Source of the DNA: the human T2T-CHM13v2.0 reference genome, Homo sapiens
Assembly: GCF_009914755.1 (NCBI RefSeq)
Contig: NC_060931.1
Reading direction: 5' to 3' (one strand)
DNA: 64,000 nucleotides
How positions within the stretch are numbered: position 1 is the first letter of the stretch; each line of letters begins with the position of its first letter. This document shows, one piece after another, positions 1-15,228 of this stretch. The translations under genes were made by a program, and so were the position numbers. The notes under the pieces were generated by a model that was not told where the DNA came from, made no database searches, and saw only the letters and a program-made list of their open reading frames with translations.

Positions 1-94
1 TTGCTGAAAGTGATTTAGCAGAAGGGGAGGAACCAAACTTTCTAGAATGAGTTAGCAAACATTTGGTTTGGTGGAAAGAAAAGAAAATATCAAG

Positions 95-260
95 CATCTA
101 CTATATGCCAAGCATTTGGCATTTATTATCCCATTTAATCCTCATCTATGATGACTCCTCTCAAACAGATGAGGAATCTACAACTCAGTGAGTGTGAGTA
201 AGGTGCCCACGGTGATGGGCAGAGGCAGAATTTCAACTGGGTCTGTTTGCTCTGGAATTC
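95..260 (-). mobile_element. MIR SINE fragment
   Basis: Degenerate antisense MIR core: cccatttaatcctca...acagatgaggaa...ggcagaggcagaatttcaactgggtctg. Confidence 0.75.
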
Positions 261-789
261 ACCATGCCATGTCACCTTGGTTTTCAACGTTGAATGTAAA
301 ACATGATTTAAAGCAACGGTAATGACATCCTGACAGGTGAGTGCTCTGGCTAGTGATGCTCAGTTCTAGCCTCAACAACAGAGGAGGTAGGTAGGCAAGT
401 ATTACAGTGGGCACATTGCATTCTTCCTGGATGTCTCCCTCAGCCCTGTCTCCAGGATGGAGTCTGCAATGTTGTTTTCTGGATGGAGCAAGTTTGGAGA
501 GAGTAGTGGAAGAAATAGGAGGCAGAGAGGAAGTCAAGGATATGTCTAGACCCAACACTCCACACACACTAATTTGGTATACTATTTGCTTTTGAAATCT
601 GGAATAGAAGAAGAGATGCTTGTACAGATTGGGTAGACCAGGGATGTTGGAGGAGGAAGGATGAAGGGGCTGCTCTGCTTCTCATAACCAGAGATCCCCA
701 GTAGGTTGTCCATAGGCTTGACCTGTGGGTTCTTTTGTTTGGCCCACACACTTTGTATTTGTTTGTTTAAATAATTCCCAAGTTTTAAA

Positions 790-1920
790 AATCCATTCAA
801 CAATTATCTATTGGGCATGTGCCAGGTACTGTTTCAGGAACTTGGAGTTCATTAAGGAACCAGACAAAGCTGCATTCATGGAACTTATATTCTAGCAGGG
901 AGAGAAAAACAATAAATAAAAGACATACTAAATGATTAACATATAGTATCTGCGGAAGTGAGTGCTAAGAAAAAAAGTCAATTGGGGTAATAGGGGTTTA
1001 GAAGGAGGATGGGGTGGGCTATGGGATGCCTTGTTGAGGAGGAAGAATTTGAACAAACTCTTGCAGGAGGTGAGGGTGTCAGCTCTGTAAACATGAGCAG
1101 TGAGGATGTTCCAGGCTGAGGGAATGGCCAGTGCCCAGTCTCTAAGGTGGGAGCATGGGTGCTTGTTTGGGGAATAACAAGGAGACCCTGGGGCTGGAGT
1201 GGTGTAAGCAACTGAAAAGGTAGTAAAAAGTCAGGTGAGTTAATTGATGAGGGACTGGATGGTGTAGGGCCTTATGAGCTTTTCTAAGGGCCAACTTTTA
1301 CTGTCACTGAGATTGGGAACACTGCAAGGTATATAGCAGATGACCTGATTTAACTTATATTTAAATATAATTACTCTGGTTTCTTTGTTGAAAATAGGCT
1401 GTAGGGAAAGAGATAAGGATAGACTCAGGAAGACCAAACAGAAATCTTTTGAAGTACTGCAAAATGAAAAATGATGCTGGATAGGGAGGTACCAGTGAAG
1501 GTTATGAAAAATTGTGGGAGTGTGAGTGTTTCAAAAGGTAAACACAAAAAGGTCTATTACATTGGATGTGGAAAGAAGTGAAAAATGACTGCAGAGTTTC
1601 TGGAATTTCTGGCTTGAGAATGATACTGCCATCAGGGAGATGGGGAGAGCTGTGGGTAGAGAAACTTTTGCAGGAAAGATCAGGAGTTCAGTTTCACCAT
1701 GTTACATTAACAATGTCTGTTGGACATCTCAGTGGAGATGTCAAAGAGGATAGTGGATATGCAAGTCAGAGTTTAGGAAAGCTTCTTGGTTGAAGATATA
1801 AATTTGGGAGCCATTGGTAAGAAGAGGTGTTTAATGACATAAGCCTGAATAACAGTTCAAAAGAATGAGTGGGGATAACAGAGGACCAGACTTTAATGTT
1901 AAGAAATTTGGAAAATAAGA
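790..1920 (-). mobile_element. L2 LINE 3' fragment
   Basis: Starts with antisense L2 tail (cattcaacaa...tgtgccaggtactg...gaacttatattctagcagggaga), then purine-rich L2 body (gatgacctgatttaac, ggacatctcagtggagatgtc). Confidence 0.8.
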
Positions 1921-4214
1921 AATGTGTCAGAATATCCAGATTTCTTTCCTCTGTTGAAAATGGGATGATGTGGAAAATATGACCCCACATTTCTGCATGG
2001 CATCAGCAGCTGGGGCTGAATAATTGATTTGTATTATCCTCCCTGTACTACCTCCACCCTCCCTAACCTGATCCATTTAGACAGGCTATGCACTCTTCAG
2101 CTCACCAATATCTCCGTCAGACTGGTTTTACTCATTCATATCACCTGCCTATACTCCAAAGGCATTCAAGTTTGCCAGTCCTGGTATATGCCCATGCATA
2201 TAGATATTACCAATATTTCTACCTCCCACTGATGGGTAGTAACCCCTGCCTTGAGCAAATCTAGTTTTTCCCCTAATTGTATTTGGGAAATTCAGCCAGC
2301 ATTTTCATGAGATGATATTGGGTCCATTGGTAAATCTGAATCTGACTTTCTCACCTAGAGAAATAAGGGGACAGATGGTACTGAGAATGACAAATAAATT
2401 TTAAAAAATTGATTCGTGATTATTTCAACATTTTCTTCCATTTAAGAAATTAATGGAAACTTCCTCAATCTTGCTCAGCTTTGAAATAGTAGCAAACATT
2501 TTACAAATGATCAAATAGAAGGTGACGTACAGCCAGAGAGAAGGCAAATAAATCAAGGGGAAAAGGATGGAGAAACAATCAGGATAAAGTACTCAGCTAA
2601 ATCTGGAAGGATTGAGGTCCCAGGCATCAATCATGATTACTGTGCCTTCATAGCAGCATAAAAATGTGTATTAATTGGAACATAAAAAATAATAAGTTTA
2701 GTTTTTAACCTGACAGTTCACTTGGAAGGTAGCTCTATGCGTTGAGTGAACAGAACTTGCAAATGAGCCATAACTTTAAAGCAATATGCTGGGCTGCCTG
2801 GCTTTGAGCAAGGCATATTTTTCTCATTTGGGATTTCAAATATACCCTCCTGCTCTGAGATTTTGTGCTTATTGGTCTTAAAGGCAATGATAAGAAACTT
2901 CTAAGTGGGAGAATGGTTGACCAGTTACCAAACACACTGAGTATACTTACTATGTTGTTCTTTAGGCTAGTTGAAAAGAAAAAAGGAATTGCAGTCAAGG
3001 TTTATGATCGTTCTCAAGATTGACTCATGGAGTGGCAGTGAGCTATGGAGGAAGATGTGGCTGTCAGTCAGGACCTCCCTCTTGTTTAACACATGACCAC
3101 CTGCTCATTGAGAGAGAATGGTCACCACATTTTGGGAATCTACCTCCCTACTCCCCACCCAACCTCCTCCCTGAGAAAATATCATCTTCTCAAGTGTACG
3201 CACATAAAAAAGGTAGTTTTTTTCTGGTGCCAGACCCCACTGTTTTCTCCATTTGTTGTTTTTATTTTGTTTGCTATTCCCGTCTTTCTTGGGAACTGAT
3301 ATCTTGAGCAATTGGTAAATGGTTCCTATAGCAACAGTCACCAAGTGAAATCTCTCCCAACAGTGCTCCTCCCTCCCTCCAACCCCACCTCAACATTTTT
3401 TATCTTTTCAGTAGTTTACATAAATGTGTTTAGGTAAAATCTCCCACAGAGAGATTTCAAAACTCATTCACTAAACTTACCTTTCCCACATTTAATGAAC
3501 ATTGAAAGTTACAGGATAGTTTTTTTTTTTTAATATGGAGACGCTTCAGGCCCAGCTACCATAAATTTTGTATTTGTGGCTGCATGTAAAATTGTGAGAT
3601 AACACTTCATAACAGAATAAAAATATTAAAGAAAAGTTATTTTAAGTTTATTTTACCATTTTAAATTTTGATTTCAAAATATTCCTTAGAGGACAGATGG
3701 GGTGTAAAAAATCAAGACATGAGCAAAGAAGTAATGCAATGGAGACAGCCCAGCATGAATACATGCATGAGAAGGCCAGTGGGACCAGAATCTATTGACC
3801 ATTCTGCACTTTCCATCACCAGCAGTAGGAGCCACCAGCTGTGGAGACCTATTAATGATCATTAAAATATTACTTCCATAACTATTATGACATATGATAG
3901 GGACATGAGACTTTTTGTATGGAATGAAGCTGGCTTCCACATGTCTCTGGTTTGTCTGGAACAGGGTCTCTAAAGCAGAGTTTAGGAAGACATTATGGTT
4001 GCCCCCTTTCATCAACATCAGTAGGTTGATAACCTCTGATGTCCCTAGTGTCATTTCATGTAATATTATGAATTTAACATTCATGAATTTAGCAGTCATG
4101 CCTATTTATATTTGTAGCCACACCTTCATGTAAAGAGTTTTACATGCTTTGTAAGTATTCCAACTTATAAGATGCTCCAACTTATATTCCAAGCTGAGTT
4201 TAATACATTGGGGG

Positions 4215-4735
4215 TCATCTAGTGTATGGTGAATATCATGAACTCTGGTGCCAGAATAGCTAGAATCAGGGCCGGGTGTGGTGGCTCATGCCTGTAATCC
4301 CAGCACTTTTGGAGGCTGAGGCGGGCGAATCACTTGAGGTCCAGAGTTCGAGACCAGCCTGGCCAACATGGTGAAACCCCGTCTGCACTAAAAATACAAA
4401 AATTAGCCAGGCATGGTGGTGCATGCCTCTAATCCTAGCTACTCAGGACGCTGAGGCTTGAGAATCTCTTGAACCCAGTAGGCAGAGGTTGCAGCGAGCC
4501 AAGATTATGCCACTGCACTCCAGCCTGGGCGACAGAGCAAGACTCCGTCTCAAAAAATAAACAAACAAAAACCCCAACCAACCAACCAACCAAGCAGAAA
4601 GAATAGCTAGAATCAAATCCAAGATTGCCATGGTGAGGCTTAAGCAATTTACTCAACCTCCCCATGTGAAATGGGGATAATAATTGCACTTTTCTTATAG
4701 AATTGTTATGTGGATTAAATAAGTTAACATAAAAA
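4215..4735 (+). mobile_element. MIR, split by an Alu insertion
   Basis: gaactctggtgccaga before the Alu; gtgaaatggggataataattgc...gattaaataagttaa after it. Confidence 0.7.
4270..4599 (+). mobile_element. AluS (Sx/Sz-like), full length
   Basis: ggccgggtgtggtggctcatgcctgtaatccc dimer; exact 16-bp TSD agaatagctagaatca at 4253-4268 and 4600-4615; tail decayed to (CCAA)n. Confidence 0.97.
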
Positions 4736-5360
4736 TTACATATAATTCATGAATTCATTAGTTTTAATAACCCTTCTAAACTCTTGCTTTTCCATGTTGC
4801 AATCCTAATTTAAAAGACAATTAACCTAGTGAGGAAGGTCATCAGTTCCTTCAGTCATCCTAGTTGCTCTTCAGCCTTTGGCCCTATATTGGCATTCGTG
4901 AGGTACAGAGGCCAAAACTAAATCCAACGAACTATGGTGTCTTGAATTTTTTTCCCCAAAATAAATATTTCATGTGAAGGCCAACAATGAAAAACAATAG
5001 GAAAATCATATAAAAGCATAGATTTTCAGATCATAGTCTATTGACACAAAAGTAACTCTATTTTTGGCACTGGGTGTTAGATAGCAATATTTGGGGAGCT
5101 GGTCAGGAGTTACCCTCTGACCTCACTCTGTCTGAGTTGAATTTTAAACAAAAGCTCTCCAGATATAGGCCAAGGTACATTTAGATTGGGACTGCTTCCA
5201 ACTTTGGGTAAACTATTCATCTGTTTCCAGAATCTGCTTTCAAGTCCTTTTACCAGTTGAATTGATTTGCATCTATTTTTATGCAGGATGGGATAGGGGA
5301 TTTTTTTTTTCTCTTGAAATAGAGTTCCTACTGATACTTGGGGTTTCTTTGATTGCCGTA

Positions 5361-5897
5361 CAGTAGTCCCCCATTATCCGTGCTTTCACTTTTTGCAGTT
5401 TTAGTTACCTATGGTCAACCCCCATCCAAAAATATTAAATAGAAAATTATAGAAATACACAATTCATAAGTTTTAAATTGCATTCTCTTCTGAGTAGTGT
5501 GAGGCAATCTCACACTATCCTGCTCCATCCTGCCTGGGATGAGAATCATCTCTTTGTCAAGGGTACCCACATTGTACATGCTACCCTTCCGCTAGTCACT
5601 TAGTAGCCATCTTGGTGATCAGATAAACTGCTGCAGTATTGCAGGGCTTGTGTTCAAGTCACCCTTATTTTACTTAATAAAGGACCAACAGTGCAAAAGT
5701 AGCAATGTTGGCATATTGTTATACTTGTTCTATTTTATTATTAGTTATTGTTGTTAATCTCTTACTATGCCTAATTTACAAATTAAACTTCATCATAGGT
5801 ATGTATGCATAGGAAAAAACATGGTATACATAGGGTTCAAAACTGTCTGCATTTGCAGGCATCCACTGGGGGTAATTGATAAGGGAGGATCACTCTA
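5361..5897 (+). mobile_element. MER44B-like (Tigger7 derivative) DNA transposon
   Basis: Preceded by TA; left terminus cagtagtcccccattatcc; internal gtcacttagtagccatc; right end caggcatccactgggg...gataaggga. Confidence 0.85.
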
Positions 5898-6724
5898 AAT
5901 AGAAGCCTACTCAAGCCAACTTTAAGTAAACTAGATTTATACGGAGAACAAGGGCAAAAAATATGGATAGTAAATACTGCTCAGATTCTATTTAGCTATA
6001 GCCAGAAGGGCATTGGGTCTGTCTTATTCAGAGCAGCTGAGCCTACCACAGCAAGAGTTGCAGAAGCTCTTCCCACAGAGAGGACACCCTAACTGTGTCA
6101 CCTAAACTGAGGCTATGCCCACCTTTTTGGCAAGAAGATGGGCCCACATCCATACACAACAGGCTTGAATGGAGGACATAGAATGAGAGTAAACAAAATT
6201 GTGGCACAACTATTAGAAAAAAAAGTATTTATTTTTCAGAGATATTTTTCATCCAAGTCCAGAACTGCATAATTAAAATAATATGGGACTTATTTCTTTC
6301 ACTGCATTGAGGTTGAAGCATAACTCTTGGGCATAAAGTAGGCTACATTCAACAACTCCTTCAGGTTCTCTCCTGGTTCTGATCTGATTGTCAGGAACCA
6401 TTATCTTGTAGGCACATTTGTACCATTTTCCCGTAATGTGTTATTATATCATCTTACATCAGTCTGCATGGAGCTTATTTGCTATTTTTCTGCCTACTCA
6501 CATGTCCATGTTATTTTCTTTTACAGTTTATTCTTATTGCCTTGCTATGTCACTGTACAGAAGAGCTTTGTGGAAAATTTTATTCTAGCAGGCATTTTCT
6601 TTGTATCACTTATAACAATGTTAAGTAAGACAGATCTGGCACTAATTTATGGTGTTTATACATTTCTATACCTAAAAGTCTTCTCTCCCTCCATCCCTCC
6701 TTTCTTCTTTCCTTGCCTCTCTTT

Positions 6725-6890
6725 ATCAGCAGGTATTTATTAAGTACCTATTATGTGCCAGAAACTGCTCTAGGTGCTGAGGATACCTTGGTGAAACAAA
6801 CAGATAAAATTCTCAGCTCTCATGGAGTTTGCATCTTACAGGGAAAGATAGTCAATAACAAATAAACAAATAGATGTTGAATATGTCATG
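6725..6890 (-). mobile_element. L2 3' fragment
   Basis: tatttattaagtacctattatgtgccagaaactgctctaggtgctgaggatac...ctctcatggagtttgcatc. Confidence 0.75.
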
Positions 6891-7504
6891 TTGCTATCAT
6901 GATAGGCAGTTTTGTCTTCACTTAGTTTCATGATTTGAGTTAGTTCTTCAGTGATAACATATTTTCTCTTAAACCCACAGGATTTATCTCAAATTGGAAG
7001 GGAACCACTTTCCTGTGTTTTACATTTCATTTTGAGAGTTTAGAATATATTGAATCAGAAAAAAGGAAATAGACTGTTCACTCTTTTTGAGGAAGAAATG
7101 TTTATGGTAAAATTATCTCATTTAACAAACATTTTGTGGAGTATCTATGGAACACATAAAAGAAGAAGTTCTAGTGCTTAACCTTAAGGACTTTATAATT
7201 CAATTGAATAAAGTAGAGAAACAACTAGGTAATAATAGTAGCCAGCCACCCCCACCTCGTGTACATTGATTGTGCCATCCCCAGCTGCCCACAATTGGGC
7301 CCACTGAACTTCCGGCAGCTGGTCATGGAGATACTCTCTTCCTTGAGTCACTTTTGCCCATTCCCTATGTAGACCCTGCCTTGGGAGGTGACTTCCACAC
7401 AGCTTTCCTTTCCAATGGGATTTTTACTTTGGGCTTAGTTTCTGAGTCCCCTGATCTTAATCTCTAGGTAGTGTTCCAGTCTACTTCTGGGGCACCTTCC
7501 CTTT

Positions 7505-7880
7505 TTATCCATTCAGCAAGCATTGGTTGAGTGTCTGCCTGGATCAGACATCTTGTCAAGTGCTGGAGATATTAAAATGATAGAGAAATTGCCTCTCCCC
7601 TTGAGGGACTCAGGGGCTGATAAGGAGGTGTACTTATAAAAGTATTGATGAGCCAGATATAAACACTCTGATGATGGTATGTGTGGGGTTCCTTTTGGAA
7701 CTGAAGAGGAGAAAGCCCTTAGCATCGTCTGGAAGAGAAGAGAGCATAGGAAATAACTCCCAAGAAGTGGATACCCGAGATGATTCTCAAAGGAGGAATA
7801 AGAAGTTACTTGGTAGGCAAGAAGGAAAGGACATGTTGAGCCCAGGGAAGTACATAAGCAGAGGAATGGAGATTTGTGAA
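7505..7880 (-). mobile_element. L2 fragment
   Basis: atccattcagcaagcattggttgagtg...caagtgctggagat. Confidence 0.55.
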
Positions 7881-8044
7881 AGAGCTTTTGTTAGCACCCC
7901 ACCAGGGAGACTGGAGGTTCCAACTCTGAATTTGAGTGTGTTGGTTGGAACCCTACTTCCGAGCATCAGTGCTTCCCACCTGTTGGCACAAGGCACTACT
8001 TCCATTTTTTTTTTCTTTTTAAGAATGATCCTTTTGTATTTAAA

Positions 8045-8860
8045 AAGTCATTTTATTGAGATAATTTATATACCATAATTCACCTGTTTAAAGTGTACAG
8101 TTCAATGGTTTCCAGAATATTTACAAGGTTGCATAACCATTGCCATAATCTAATTTTAAAGCCTTTCCATAATCCCATAAAGAAGCCTTGTACCCACTTG
8201 GAGTCCAGTCTCCATTTTCCCTCCCTCACATACAGCCCTAGGCAACCACTAGTCTACTTTCTGTCTCCAAATATTTGGACATATTACATAAATAGAATCA
8301 TACAATATGTAGTCTTTTCTGACTGGCTTTTTTACTTAGCTTAATGTTTACAAGGTTCATCCATGCTGTAGCATGTACAATACTTCCCTCCTCTTTATGA
8401 CAGAATAATATTCCATAGTATGTATATACTGCATTTTGTTTATCCCTTCATCAATTCATGGACATTTAGTTGTTTCTACTTTTTAGCTATTGTGAATAAT
8501 GCCATTGTGAACATTTGTGTACACATTTTTGTGTGTACAAATGTTTTCATTTATCTTGGGTATATACCTAAGACTGAAATTGCTGGTTCACATGGTAAAC
8601 AGAAATTGTATAAATACCCAATCGTATTTAACTTTTTGGGTAGCTGATGAAGTATTTGCCAAAGTGACTGCACCATTTGTCATTCCTATAAGCAATATGT
8701 GAGGGTTCCTGCTTTTTCACATCCTTGTCAGCACTTATTATCTTTTTATTATAGCCATCCAAGTGGATATAAAGTGGTGTCTCATTGTAGTTTCTGTTGA
8801 CCTTTCCTTAAAGACTTATGATATTGAGCATCTGCCTGTGCCTATTGAGCATTAGTGTGC
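8045..8860 (-). mobile_element. L1MB-type 3' end
   Basis: tttattgagataatt...aaagtgtacagttcaatgg...caaccactagtctactttctgtctc...atagccatcc. Confidence 0.85.
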
Positions 8861-9044
8861 CATTGCTTCTTAATCCAGTGATGCAAACATTATCTGAACT
8901 ATGACATAGATGGTAGTGGTGTTCTGTGGGCCCAGCCTAGCATTAAGGGCAATCATATTTCATCAATGTTCCAGTGTAAGGTCAAAGCCCCTCCCCATAC
9001 CATGCATTGAGATATGAAAATACCTTTTTATGTTTATGGTAATT

Positions 9045-9230
9045 TACAAAGTAATTTCTAATGCATTACTTCACTTGGATGTTAAAATGTATATGTGAGG
9101 TAGACATTATGATCATTTTATCGAGATTTAAGATAAAACTGAGGCCCAGAGAAGTTAGAGAATTTCCAGAGAGTCATACAGCTAGCAAATCTTAGGATAA
9201 GAACCTGAATGTGAGTCTTCTTAATTTAAC
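9045..9230 (-). mobile_element. MIR fragment
   Basis: agataaaactgaggcccagagaagttag...tcatacagctagcaa. Confidence 0.7.
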
Positions 9231-9499
9231 TACAATACCATGCATGCCATTATGATACAGCATTTGACCAAAAATGGTAAGGGGAATGTAAATATTTGTA
9301 CAAAAGTAATTGATACCTGAGGATTGGAGGCAGGGGACCCTTCTTGTAAGAGAAGCCTCAAAGCCTTATAAATAAATCAGGAGGGTAGCCTATGAGGAAA
9401 GGGATAGAGACAAAAGGAAGCAAGATGTATAAGGAAATAATAAGGAGAATGGATTTTAATTGGGAATGGTGAAAGATGAGATGTGCAAGTATGATTGAT

Positions 9500-10230
<731 letters not shown>

Positions 10231-10457
10231 GATAAAATGAATTTCTAAAATTAATCAATGCCATAGACCTTGCAAAAAAGTAAGACTCATTCTCTTCCAA
10301 TATAGAATTGGAAGTTTCTACAGTCTTGGTCAATGGCTTAAGTGGTTCAGAAAGGTTACCAGAGTCTACAATCTTTTGCATAAAATACTGAGCCTGGGGG
10401 CAGTAGGAGATTCAAAAATGTTCACAGCGTTGCTGTTGGCCCTAGACTGCTTATCAT

Positions 10458-11022
10458 TGAAGGAGTTCAGGACATATCATCCTGAAATATGCTGCTTTGG
10501 TATATTGATTATTTTGAGCTGAAGGCACTTGAAAAGCAGCAAATGCTGGGAGAGACTTTCTCTAAACATCCCTTATTTGCCTAAGGGTAGGTCCAGGTCC
10601 TCTAAAAGGAAATCAATTGTCTTAATTCCCCCGACCCCCAGGAGTTTCATCACCTAGGGAAGATTGACTCATAGAGGAAATTAGAAGTTGACACAACACC
10701 CAGACAAGCTTTGTTACAAACCATCATATCTCCCATATATTCTTCTAAGGACTCTCATTTTTTCTAAAAATCATTTACTCTCTCCTAAATGACCTACATG
10801 CCTCCCTCCCTTTTCTCCATTAAGATGGTGTAGAAGCTCTCAAATCTCATCACTCTTTCAGAGATTCACGTGCTTTTCCCGCATGATGCCCCTGTGCATG
10901 TAATGTTAAAAATGAATAAATTTATGTACCTTTTCTCCTATTGATCTGCCTGTTGACAGTTTATTGGATAAACCCAGCTATCAAATTTAGGAAGGTAGAG
11001 GGAAAGTCTCTCCTCTCCTACA
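10458..11022 (+). mobile_element. MER34-family ERV1 solo LTR
   Basis: TG...CA termini (tgaaggagttcaggacat ... ctcctaca); motif tattgattattttgagctgaaggca; AATAAA near 10915; flanks tcat/tcac fit a 4-bp TSD. Confidence 0.8.
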
Positions 11023-12114
11023 TCACCTAGGAAGGAAGAGACAAAGTTGTTAAAAAGGGCTGGCAAGTCCTCCATGACAGTCATGCCATGGAATATGAGC
11101 AAAAGTTACATGAGTGATGAAGACCAGAAGTTTTGCTTAGAGTGAAGAGGAAGGAGAAACAGTTATGACTTGTGATGGGCAATAAAATAAAGATCCATGG
11201 AGGAAGAAAGCAGATCTGGAAAATGAGTAGGATTCAGATAGCCATAGAGGATGACAATGAAAAGTCATAGAGATGAGTTTGATGAATACCATGTGTTTTT
11301 GAGAATTTCACTTGTTTATTTTCATAGGAACTTTTGGGTCAGCCTAACATACCAAGCAATCACAGAATCCCCTTTAAAGCAATTGGATCCCATTATACTC
11401 ATGAACAACTCCTAACAGTGTGGAGCTTTTCCATCCGGTGCTAGCTGGCCCAACTGTATTTTAATATAAATTATTATCTTGTTTACATGACTGGGTCCCT
11501 AAGCTGATCGGATCTACTATCTAAAAGTCAATTCATGACTCTTAGGTTTGGCTAGGTTTTTTTCCAAACATATTTTTATGCTGCTAGGAAAGAGCCTCAT
11601 TTTTTCCTTTCTCTTCCTTACCCCCCCAAATAAAAAAAGCATAGTATAATTTCTAGCATATCTCTAATTTGCTATGTATAATTGGTTTGCCAAAATAATG
11701 ACCAGTAAGTACTAATAAGCATTATTGCAACATTTTATCATTGAGTAGGCGCTTCACAGTTTATAAAGCAGCTCCAAATACATTCTCATAGTAGCCTGTG
11801 ATGTAGACAGGGCACACATAATGAGGCTCAGAGCAATTAATAGGCCTGCCCAGACATTGCACTGGGTGACTGTTATCCTAATTCTGCTCCAAGGAAATGG
11901 TAAATTCATCTGTAAAAAATGTTTGGCACCTGATATTTGCATCCTGCCAACCAAGACATAGAATGGGCTGCTGTGACTTTCTTCTCTGGGTTAAGCCTCT
12001 AGCCTTTCATTAGCCATTAGCTAACCTAGGCCTTGATCCCACCCTTGCCACCAAACTGGGAAACAAGGGCATTTGCTGTGAATCTCAGAGTTGGGAGGAA
12101 TGTTAGTTACCATC

Positions 12115-12566
<452 letters not shown>

Positions 12567-13074
12567 AAATATAGTTGTTTTTAATTTAAAAAATTAAAAC
12601 TGTTTTTTAAATGAAGAAAAGTACAAAAGAAAGTATTTTTTTTAAAGTCATCTGTACCTGCAAACTAAAGTGAGCTAATGTTAACATTTGATCATGGTTG
12701 TAGAGAGAAAAAGTTGTGTTTTAATGGAAAACCATGCATTGTCTAGACTCTAGAGGAGACCTTTTGGGGTTGTTAAATTCTGATTCTATGGAGATATTTT
12801 ATAACTCTATATATTGTAGATAACTGATAGCTATGCAAAATAATTCTTGTCTATAGACATAAAAATTCTGTCTCTTTTATCCCAGAGAAAAAGTTTGCAC
12901 ACGTTTTAATATTCTTGATCTATAAATGTATCCGTTCATGGATTCTCTTTTGAGCTCATTGTAACATCTGCCTAGTTTTCTTATTACATTAAAGAAAACC
13001 TATAACACATTTATTTTATATGTATTTGAGAGTCAGGAATTCATTTTTTGAAAATTCTCTTAGGTTTTTTTGAA

Positions 13075-13712
13075 ATTTTATTTTTAATTGACATATAATT
13101 GTGTAAACATTGTAAAATAATCAAATCAGGCTAATTAGCGTATCTATCACCTCAAATAATTATCATTTCTTTGTGGTAATACTATTTACAATCCTTGCTT
13201 TTAGCTATTTTAAAATATACAATACATTATTATTAACTATAGTCACCATGTTCTGCAATAAATCACCAGAACAGGAAGACCTGTCCAGCTGAAACTTTGT
13301 ACCATTTAGCCAATGTCTCTCCTTTCTCTGCCTGTTCCACTCCCACCCAGCCTCTGGTAACCACTGTTCTATTATCTACTTCTTTGAGTTTGACATTTAT
13401 AGATTTGACATATAAGTGATGTCATACACTATTTGTCTCACTATGCCTCGCTTATTTCACTTAGCATAATGTCCTCTAGGTTTATCCATGTTGCCACAAA
13501 TGACAGACTTTCCTGCTTTTTAAAGGATGAATAGTACTCCATTTTGTATCTATACCACATTTTAAAAATCCATTTGTCCATCAATGGGCACTTCCATAGT
13601 TTCTATATCTTGGCTATTGTGAATAGAGCTGCAGTGAACATGGGAGTGAAGACATCTCTTCAACATACGAATTTCAATTCCTTTGGATATATGTGCAGAA
13701 GTGAGATTGCTT
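13075..13712 (-). mobile_element. L1MA (MA5-MA8-like) 3' end
   Basis: atcaggctaattagcgtatctatcacctcaa...aactatagtcaccatg...ccagcctctggtaaccac. Confidence 0.85.
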
Positions 13713-14574
13713 GGTTTTTTATTCATATCCATCTACTGTATTTTCAAAATTCTCTTGCTGGGTAACATTCTTATCTGTATCTACTTGAGGATCTTAAATA
13801 TTCTTATTTTAAAGTCATATAGAGATTGTTCCATTGTTTACATTTTGCCATGTGTGAATTTATCTATTTATCTCCTTATACTTTGTTTTCTTAGTTTCAT
13901 TCTTAACATTAAATTTCCTAATATGCTCTTAAATTTCGGTTTGTAGTTTCACCTTGAATAGAAAGTGTTTTTATTGTTTTGTGGTTTTGGTCTTTGGTCT
14001 CACTCTGCTCTAAGCAGTTTTCTAGATAAAGTTCCTCAGCCCAGAAGTAGAACCAGGTCCTAAATTAGCTCCAGCTTCAAGATGAACTGTGAATACAACG
14101 ATCCATGCACTCAGGCAGCAAGAAGCTCTTTCCAGACCTGAATGTTCTGATTGACTTTTGCTGCTGCTTCTTGCTACAACTTATATTTTATGCAAGCTAT
14201 AGCCGAAAACAGTAGTATCAGTTTATTCAGCCTTCGTTTCTTGAACAGAGAAGCACGCCTTAGCTCCCGGTGTAACATAATGAGTCCAGTTCAGGTCTCT
14301 CACCATGGTGTGAAAAGCTTTGGGTTCTCTATTGTCTGTCTTCATCTCCTTCTGCACATGCTACCTAGTGCATATGCTTCAACCCAACTGATAGCTCTGG
14401 GTTTCTATTCCATTTCTGGTCCACAGAAGTGTTCATATTGCCTTTTGCACAAATATATGTCATGTGCACACATATGTGCACACACACATACACACACACA
14501 GACAATTGCTTTGTTTGGAGAGGAGGAGAGTTTATAGTATAAGGTCACAATTCTTATTGTTTTTTCTTATGAGC

Positions 14575-14730
14575 CTCTATCAATAGTCAACAAACTACAG
14601 CCCAAGGACAAAATCTGACTTGTTGGCTGTTTTTGTAAGTAAAGGATTGTAGCAACACAGCCATATCCATTTTTACATATTGCATATGACTACTTCCATG
14701 TGACAAAGGCAGAATTGAGTATTAACTAAG
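14575..14730. mobile_element. MER58A-like fragment
   Basis: caaactacagccc...tttttgtaagtaaag...aacacagccat...ggcagaattgagta. Confidence 0.65.
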
Positions 14731-14871
14731 ACTTTGGACAAATCCCATTGCCTTTCTGAACCTCATAAAAATGAAAAGATTTCAACAGGTGATTTCACAA
14801 GGGATTTGATTGCATTTACCAGTTTCCATCATCCTCTTCTGTGGACTGGACTGTTGGGTTATTTTTTGAGT

Positions 14872-14873
<2 letters not shown>

Positions 14874-14907
<34 letters not shown>

Positions 14908-15196
14908 GAGACAGAGTCTCGCTCTATTCCCCAGGCTGGCTGGAGTGCAGTAGTGCCATCTCGGCTTACTGCAACCTCCACCTCCCAAGTTCAAGCAATT
15001 CTTATTCCTCAGCCTCCTGAGTAATCCTGGGATTACAGGCGCCTACCACCATGCCTGGCTAATTTTTGTATTTTTGGTAGAGACAAGGTTTCGCCAGGTT
15101 GGCCAGGCTGGTCTCAAACTCCTGATGTCAGGTAATCTGCCCGCCTCAGCCTCCCAAAGTGCTGGGATTACAGGCATGAGCCACCACACCCAGCCC
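14874..15196 (-). mobile_element. AluS (Sx-like) with long T tract
   Basis: About 33-nt poly-T followed by an antisense Alu dimer ending ccaccacacccagcc; no clear TSD. Confidence 0.95.
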
Positions 15197-15228
15197 AACT
15201 CATATGATTTTTTTAAGAGTCCATCATC

